Shown: piece by piece, positions 47,201 through 51,966 of the stretch
Layout of the letters: the number at the start of each line of letters is the position of its first letter
How positions within the stretch are numbered: position 1 is the stretch's first letter
NCBI GenBank assembly: GCA_964218505.1
Contig: CAXPOA010000203.1
Span: 1-51,966, forward strand
DNA from: Luminiphilus sp.
GTDB lineage: Bacteria > Pseudomonadota > Gammaproteobacteria > Pseudomonadales > Halieaceae
Reading direction: 5' to 3'
DNA: 51,966 bases
The notes under the pieces: generated by a model
What the model was told of the DNA's origin: nothing
Seen by the model: the letters and a program-made list of their open reading frames with translations, nothing else
Databases searched by the model: none
Made by a program: the position numbers and the translations under genes

Positions 47201-47836
47201 TTAACCTTTTACTGTCGGACGGACAATGACGTGGCCACCCGGTGCTCCAGGGACAGCGCCCTTGATCAGCAGCAGGTTGCGCTCGACGTCAATGCGAACG
47301 ACCTCAAGACCTTGCGTAGTGACACGCTCTGCACCCATGTGGCCAGCCATCTTCTTGCCCTTGAACACCCGTCCGGGGGTCTGGCACTGACCAATGGAAC
47401 CCGGGGCCCTGTGCGACAGCGAGTTACCGTGAGTTGCGTCCTGAGTGCGGAAGTTCCAGCGCTTAACAGCACCCTGGAATCCCTTACCCTTGGAGCGCCC
47501 AGCAACATCAACCTTCTGGCCCTGCTCAAATCGTTCGACAGTCAGCTCGGAACCAACCTCAAATGCCTCATCGGAACCTTCAATGCGGAATTCCCACAGG
47601 CCATCGCCCGCAGTCGTCCCGGCCTTGGCGTAATGCCCAGCTTCCGGCTTGCTGACTTTTGAGGCCTTACGGTCGCCCGTTGTGACCTGAATTGCTCGAT
47701 ACCCATCGGTCTCGAGCTCTTTGATTTGAGTGACTCGGTTTGGAAGCACTTCCACTACGGTCACTGGTACTGATACGCCTTCATCGGTAAAGACTCGCGT
47801 CATACCCGACTTACGGCCGACTACACCAATAGTCAT
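47201..47836 (-). CDS. rplC: 50S ribosomal protein L3
   Basis: GRKSGMT; SKGKGFQG; [12 protein letters not shown]. Confidence 0.99.
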   Translation of the reverse strand: MTIGVVGRKSGMTRVFTDEGVSVPVTVVEVLPNRVTQIKELETDGYRAIQVTTGDRKASKVSKPEAGHYAKAGTTAGDGLWEFRIEGSDEAFEVGSELTVERFEQGQKVDVAGRSKGKGFQGAVKRWNFRTQDATHGNSLSHRAPGSIGQCQTPGRVFKGKKMAGHMGAERVTTQGLEVVRIDVERNLLLIKGAVPGAPGGHVIVRPTVKG

Positions 47837-47851
47837 GGTTTTAACCTCACA

Positions 47852-47914
47852 GTGTACGGGGCTATACCCTCTATGGCCGTCCTCTTATCCCAATGGGCAT
47901 CGAGAACGTTACAC
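47852..47914 (-). promoter_or_regulatory. Candidate cis-regulatory RNA (23S rRNA-like junction) in the rpsJ-rplC spacer
   Basis: GTGTA/TACAC, CGTTCTC/GAGGACG and GGGT/GCCC stems form a three-way junction ending 3 nt before the rplC RBS. Confidence 0.55.
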
Positions 47915-47949
47915 ACCCGGATCCCCGGGCAGGTCTTGCTAAATTGTCC

Positions 47950-48261
47950 TTAACCCAAGCTGATCTGAACTTCTACGCCAGCCGCCAGGTCAAGCTTCAT
48001 CAGGGCGTCCACGGTCTTTTCCGTGGGCTCCACGATGTCCAGGAGTCGCTTGTGCGTGCGAATCTCGTACTGATCCCGCGCGTCTTTGTTGACGTGGGGA
48101 GACACCAAAATAGTGAACTTCTCTTTCTTGGTGGGAAGCGGGATAGGACCGCGAACCTGAGCGCCTGTGCGGCGTGCAGTCTCGACAATTTCTTGCGTAG
48201 ACTGATCGATCAACTTGTGATCAAAGGCCTTGAGGCGAATACGAATGCGCTGATTTTGCAC
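47950..48261 (-). CDS. rpsJ: 30S ribosomal protein S10
   Basis: [19 protein letters not shown]; GTG start. Confidence 0.99.
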   Translation of the reverse strand: MQNQRIRIRLKAFDHKLIDQSTQEIVETARRTGAQVRGPIPLPTKKEKFTILVSPHVNKDARDQYEIRTHKRLLDIVEPTEKTVDALMKLDLAAGVEVQISLG

Positions 48262-48320
48262 TTTACTGCTCCTGAAAAAGCCGGGATGCCGCGAAGGGGA
48301 CCCCGCAAAAAAGAGTGCGA

Positions 48321-48349
48321 AGTGTACGGATGGCCCATAGGGGTGTCAA
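48321..48349 (-). promoter_or_regulatory. sigma70 promoter of the S10 operon
   Basis: TTGACA-N17-TACACT, near-consensus. Confidence 0.85.
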
Positions 48350-48454
48350 CACAGGATTTGGCTTTATTTCAGGGTTTCAGCCCCCTGAGCAAAATTCACA
48401 GTTTGGCTCCGGTAGATAGGCCCACAGACCGCTTTTACACAGGGGAAACAGGCA

Positions 48455-49585
48455 CTAGGGTCCCCCAGAAGTGGCTATCAGGTCCTTACTATTCGCCAAA
48501 GTTCTAAAAAGCAACGGCGAGGGAGGTCTCTGACGATGGTTACCCGCCATAGCGAGAGCCTCATCGATTAAGGAGCGATGGGGGGACAGGGTGCAGACCG
48601 GGTCGGCCGCGGCAGCATCCCCCGTGAGCGCGAACGCCTGACAGCGACAGCCCCCGAAGTCGCGATCCCTCTCGGGGCACTGGCGGCAGGGCTCCTGCAT
48701 CCAGTCCTCTCCCCGATAATGGTTAAACCCGGGAGATTCATACCACGCCTGACTCACCGACTCTGTGCGCAGGTCAGGAAAATCGATGGGCAATGCGGCA
48801 GCGCTATGGCAGGGCAGCGCACTCCCCTCCGGTGTGACCGTTAGGAACATCGACCCCCATCCATTCATGCACGGTTTGGGTCGCTCTTCAAAATAGTCGG
48901 GCACAACGAAGAAAAGCTTCATCCCGCCAGGATTTGCCTGCCGCCAATTATTAACCGCAGTCTCCGCCGCTTCGATTTGTTGACGGCTAGGCATGAGTGC
49001 CTCCCGATTCTGTAGTGCCCAGCCGTGATACTGCGTATTGGCAAGCTCGAGATAGTCTGCCGACAGGGACTCCGCGAGGGCAATGATTTCGGCCACCTGA
49101 TCAATATTATGTCGATGCAACACGAAATTGAGCACCATGGGATATCCCGCCTCTTTGACCGCCTTCGCCATCGCCACCTTCTGGGCGTGGGCTTTGCCAC
49201 TTCCCGAAATCAATTCAGACAGCTCTTCATCGGTGGATTGGAAGCTAATTTGAATATGATCCAGTCCCGCGTCTTTCAAAGCCAACACGCGTTCGCGGCT
49301 TAAACCCACTCCAGAGGTAATAAGGTTGGTATAGAACCCCAGGCCACGGGCGTGAGCCACCAGAACCTCCAGATCTTGACGTACCAGCGGCTCGCCACCT
49401 GAGAAACCCAACTGGGCTGCACCTAAAGCCCTAGCCTCGCTGAGTATGCGCTGCCACTCGTCGGTATTAAGTTCACTTGTGCCAGTCAATAGATCCAACG
49501 GGTTGGAACAGTAGGGACACTGAAGGGGGCAGCGGTATGTGAGCTCCGCCAAGAGCCATAGAGGTGGTCCGATCTTGCTAGTCAC
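48455..49585 (-). CDS. pqqE: PQQ biosynthesis radical SAM/SPASM peptide cyclase
   Basis: [23 protein letters not shown] (CxxxCxxC), [30 protein letters not shown]; probable GTG start at 49585. Confidence 0.95.
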   Translation of the reverse strand: MTSKIGPPLWLLAELTYRCPLQCPYCSNPLDLLTGTSELNTDEWQRILSEARALGAAQLGFSGGEPLVRQDLEVLVAHARGLGFYTNLITSGVGLSRERVLALKDAGLDHIQISFQSTDEELSELISGSGKAHAQKVAMAKAVKEAGYPMVLNFVLHRHNIDQVAEIIALAESLSADYLELANTQYHGWALQNREALMPSRQQIEAAETAVNNWRQANPGGMKLFFVVPDYFEERPKPCMNGWGSMFLTVTPEGSALPCHSAAALPIDFPDLRTESVSQAWYESPGFNHYRGEDWMQEPCRQCPERDRDFGGCRCQAFALTGDAAAADPVCTLSPHRSLIDEALAMAGNHRQRPPSPLLFRTLANSKDLIATSGGP

Positions 49586-49847
49586 TGACAAGCCATTGGT
49601 TGGTGCGAGCGGTAGCAAGAAAATCGATAATGTCGGTTTCGATATCCGGCGCCTCAGGGAACTTATCTGTTAACACGCGAATAATCTCGGCAACAGAACG
49701 CTCACCATCGCAGACCGCCAGAATCTCCCCTGCCGAACCATTCAGCTTCACCATACCCTCTGGATATAGCAAGACGTACGCCTCTTGAGCCGGCTCCCAT
49801 TGAAAGCGCAAATGCGGATGCAACCGCGGCGTTTCCTCTGGCTTCAT
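49578..49847 (-). CDS. pqqD: PQQ biosynthesis peptide chaperone (RRE domain)
   Basis: [33 protein letters not shown]; 4-bp overlap with pqqC. Confidence 0.95.
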   Translation of the reverse strand: MKPEETPRLHPHLRFQWEPAQEAYVLLYPEGMVKLNGSAGEILAVCDGERSVAEIIRVLTDKFPEAPDIETDIIDFLATARTNQWLVSD

Positions 49848-50596
49848 GGCAGTGCTCCTGGCGGCAACGGGTATGCTTCGCCAGCGCAGCCGTGGAACGG
49901 GGGCTCTCCGTGGCAATAGGCAAGAGTCATGGCATCGAGCATCGACCAGAGAATATTCAGCTTGAACTGCAGCAACTCAAGCGCATGGGCCTGCTGTTCG
50001 GCAGTCTGAAAGTAATCGAGCGTGATACGCAGACCATGCTCAACATCTCGCCTAGCTTCACTCAATCGCTTGCGGAAATAGCCAAGCCCTGTTGCGCTGA
50101 TCCAGGGGTAGTGATCGGGCCATGAGTCGAGCCGAGACTGATGAATCTCCGGGGCAAACAGCTCTGTTAGCGACGAACAGGCCGCCTCTTGCCAGGTCGC
50201 GCGGCGAGCAAAGTTCAAGTAGGCGTCCACGGCAAATCGAACCCCGGGCAGCACGTAGCGCTGATCTACCACTTCATCTCGCGATAACCCCACCGCTTCA
50301 GCAAGAAGCAACCATGCCTCGATACCACCGGGATCTGTCCCTGCGCCGTCGTGATCAACAATTCGCTGAACCCATTCCTGGCGTACTTCTCGATCCGGGC
50401 AGTTTGCCAGTATCGCGGCATCCTTCTGGGGGATGATGACTTGATAGTAGTAGCGATTGGCTACCCAACCCTGTATCTGACCCACAGAAAGCTCGCCCGC
50501 ATACATCGCCTTATGAAAAGGATGATGGATATGGTAACGAGCACCCTTACTCCGTAGTGCTGCCTCAAAGTCTTCTCTGCTCAAGGCTGATGTCAC
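49844..50596 (-). CDS. pqqC: Pyrroloquinoline-quinone synthase
   Basis: [48 protein letters not shown]; start GTG at 50596 or 50608. Confidence 0.95.
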   Translation of the reverse strand: MTSALSREDFEAALRSKGARYHIHHPFHKAMYAGELSVGQIQGWVANRYYYQVIIPQKDAAILANCPDREVRQEWVQRIVDHDGAGTDPGGIEAWLLLAEAVGLSRDEVVDQRYVLPGVRFAVDAYLNFARRATWQEAACSSLTELFAPEIHQSRLDSWPDHYPWISATGLGYFRKRLSEARRDVEHGLRITLDYFQTAEQQAHALELLQFKLNILWSMLDAMTLAYCHGEPPFHGCAGEAYPLPPGALP

Positions 50597-50892
50597 AATA
50601 CATTTCACGTGATTGCTTAACGATGGCGTATTCTAGCGGAGATCGGCCCCGCTCCGACACAGCAAGTTCTGCAGACTTAACTTAAGGCATCGCAACAGGG
50701 GTCTCAAAGAACGACCCACTGACCCTGAAGAGTAGCCTTCATCCCTGCACACCTTAACGCACCCACAACGGGGCATTGATCTGCATATAAATTAGAAACA
50801 AACTGGGATACTCTGATGACAAGCGGAGCACGCAAGCAGCTAACCGCGCTCATGAAGGTAGCTTAAAAATACGGTATTCAAGGAGGAACACC

Positions 50893-51300
50893 ATGGAGTA
50901 CGACAGACAATCATCAGACCACAGCATCTTTCTCGGCTATATGATGTGGATCTTTGGCATTATTGGCTTGCATCGATTTTATTATGGCAAACCCATCAGT
51001 GGTGCTATCTGGGCGTTGACCCTGGGCCTACTCTTCATCGGATGGATCATCGATTTGTTTCTCATTCCCGATATGGCTGAGGAGGCAACTCGGCGATTTC
51101 CAGGCGGCCAATATGACTACAATCTGCCCTGGATTCTCTTGGTTTTCTTAGGGGTCTTCGGGGTCCATCGTTTCTATCAAGGCAAAATCCTGACAGGGCT
51201 ACTCTACCTATTCACACTGGGACTGTGTGGTCTGGGCGTTCTCTATGACTGGTTCACTCTTAACCGGCAGATCGCTGATCTCAACTTGGGTATTGACTGA
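50893..51300 (+). CDS. TM2-domain membrane protein (two TM2 repeats)
   Basis: Strong RBS AGGAGG; GIIGLHRFYYGK and LGVFGVHRFYQGK. Confidence 0.88.
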   Translation: MEYDRQSSDHSIFLGYMMWIFGIIGLHRFYYGKPISGAIWALTLGLLFIGWIIDLFLIPDMAEEATRRFPGGQYDYNLPWILLVFLGVFGVHRFYQGKILTGLLYLFTLGLCGLGVLYDWFTLNRQIADLNLGID

Positions 51301-51364
51301 TCTGGGGGGGGGCGACGCACGTTGGCTGGTTCTGCGTAAAGCGTGGTAAACGGCCTCGCTGCTA

Positions 51365-51417
51365 AGACGCTGTTTTTCAGTCGCTCCACGGAATTCGCTT
51401 GATGAAAAACAGCGTCT
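51365..51417 (-). repeat. Stem-loop repeat copy A (inverted relative to B and C)
   Basis: Perfect 15-bp stem agacgctgtttttca/tgaaaaacagcgtct around a 23-nt loop; the reverse complement of the loop matches copy B at 22/23. Confidence 0.8.
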
Positions 51418-51560
51418 CACCCGCTTGGCTTCGGGTTGACCTGAGAGTTACACAGCAGACAATGATTCGGATAAGTCTGTTCTGCTAGCGATATCGCGCT
51501 CCAAAAAGCATGGCGCGCAAAACACTGAATCCAAAAAACCCTTGGTTTGGCACGATCCCT

Positions 51561-51635
51561 AGCCTCAGGGGCCGGCGTGCTTTCCACCAAGCGAATTCCG
51601 TGGAGCGACTGGAAAGCATGTCGCGCATGAGGCGA
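51561..51635 (+). repeat. Stem-loop repeat copy B
   Basis: gcctca...tgaggc outer arms; ggcgtgctttcca/tggaaagcatgtc inner stem; loop ccaagcgaattccgtggagcgac. Confidence 0.85.
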
Positions 51636-51695
51636 TGAACTCTGCACTACGCGCCCCAAGAAATTAATCACTATAGAGGCGAAAAGACACAAACA

Positions 51696-51772
51696 AGCCT
51701 CAGGAGCCGGTGTGCTTTCCACCAAGCGAATTTCGTGGCGTGACTGGCATGCATATCAGCCCCCTGAGGCGA
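51696..51772 (+). repeat. Stem-loop repeat copy C
   Basis: Direct repeat of B, 135 bp downstream; gcctcagg/cctgaggc outer stem; loop ccaagcgaatttcgtggcgtgac. Confidence 0.85.
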
Positions 51773-51793
51773 ACTGTTATCAAACAACAGAAT

Positions 51794-51819
51794 AAAAAAA
51801 GCCCGCACAAGGCGGGCTT
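51794..51819 (-). terminator. Rho-independent terminator of tuf
   Basis: Minus strand gcccgc-cttgt-gcgggc followed by ttttttt. Confidence 0.9.
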
Positions 51820-51837
51820 CGAATTATCCGTTATAGA

Positions 51838-51966
51838 TCACTCGATGATTTTAGCGACGACGCCAGCACCCACCGTTCGGCCACCCTCTCGGATCGCAAA
51901 ACGCAGGCCCTCCTCCATCGCAATCGGCGCAATCAACGTCGCTACAATGTTGATGTTGTCTCCTGG
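51838..51966 (-). CDS. tuf: Elongation factor Tu, 3' end (truncated by window edge)
   Basis: Manual translation [42 protein letters not shown]. Confidence 0.98.
   Translation of the reverse strand, partial: PGDNINIVATLIAPIAMEEGLRFAIREGGRTVGAGVVAKIIE

Noticed and set aside
34275-48507. Many + strand ORFs over the ribosomal operons (e.g. 46118..46705, 47893..48507)
   Set aside because: Antisense shadows of highly conserved genes; no independent coding evidence.
50690-50750. Small hairpins between pqqC and TM2 (gggtc/gaccc, tgaag/cttca)
   Set aside because: 5-bp stems are expected by chance, and I recognise no riboswitch motif.
51417-51725. 102-aa ORF with repeated VESTPAPEA and ARHAF
   Set aside because: The peptide repeats simply mirror the DNA stem-loop repeats; no recognisable domain.
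51365-51772. CRISPR array interpretation of the repeats
   Set aside because: Only three degenerate copies, mixed orientation, irregular long spacing and no cas genes.
51815-51835. GFELSVI frame resembling the PqqA core GFEVTxY
   Set aside because: No Tyr at E+4, opposite strand to pqqCDE, and it overlaps the tuf terminator.

Overview
Mostly core-genome window of a gammaproteobacterium. Gene content and order suggest a marine Halieaceae (OM60/NOR5)-like organism; this is inference only. Left: a light/photo-oxidative stress region (cryptochrome-DASH, DUF2256, FeS-type photolyase PhrB/CryB, dipeptidase, two tandem ABC1/UbiB kinases, three acyl-CoA dehydrogenases, hemH). Middle: housekeeping genes (ZIP, proB, obgE, rpmA, rplU, ispB, manB, galU, manC, fabA/fabB, moeA/moaB, RmlD-like, ssb, MFS, uvrA) and an accessory islet (CYP153 P450, alkyl sulfatase, lactonase-like lipoprotein). 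Right: the complete alpha, spc and S10 ribosomal operons, then pqqCDE without pqqA/pqqB, a TM2 gene and a cluster of stem-loop repeats between rpsJ and the 3' end of tuf, where the window ends. The best non-obvious signals are (1) a shared ECF-sigma promoter motif (TGATCC-like-N16-CGTA) before cry-DASH, phrB, hemH and weakly the ABC1 pair, (2) a 23S-rRNA-like three-way junction between rpsJ and rplC, and (3) three copies of a conserved 23-nt loop carried on different, compensated stems.
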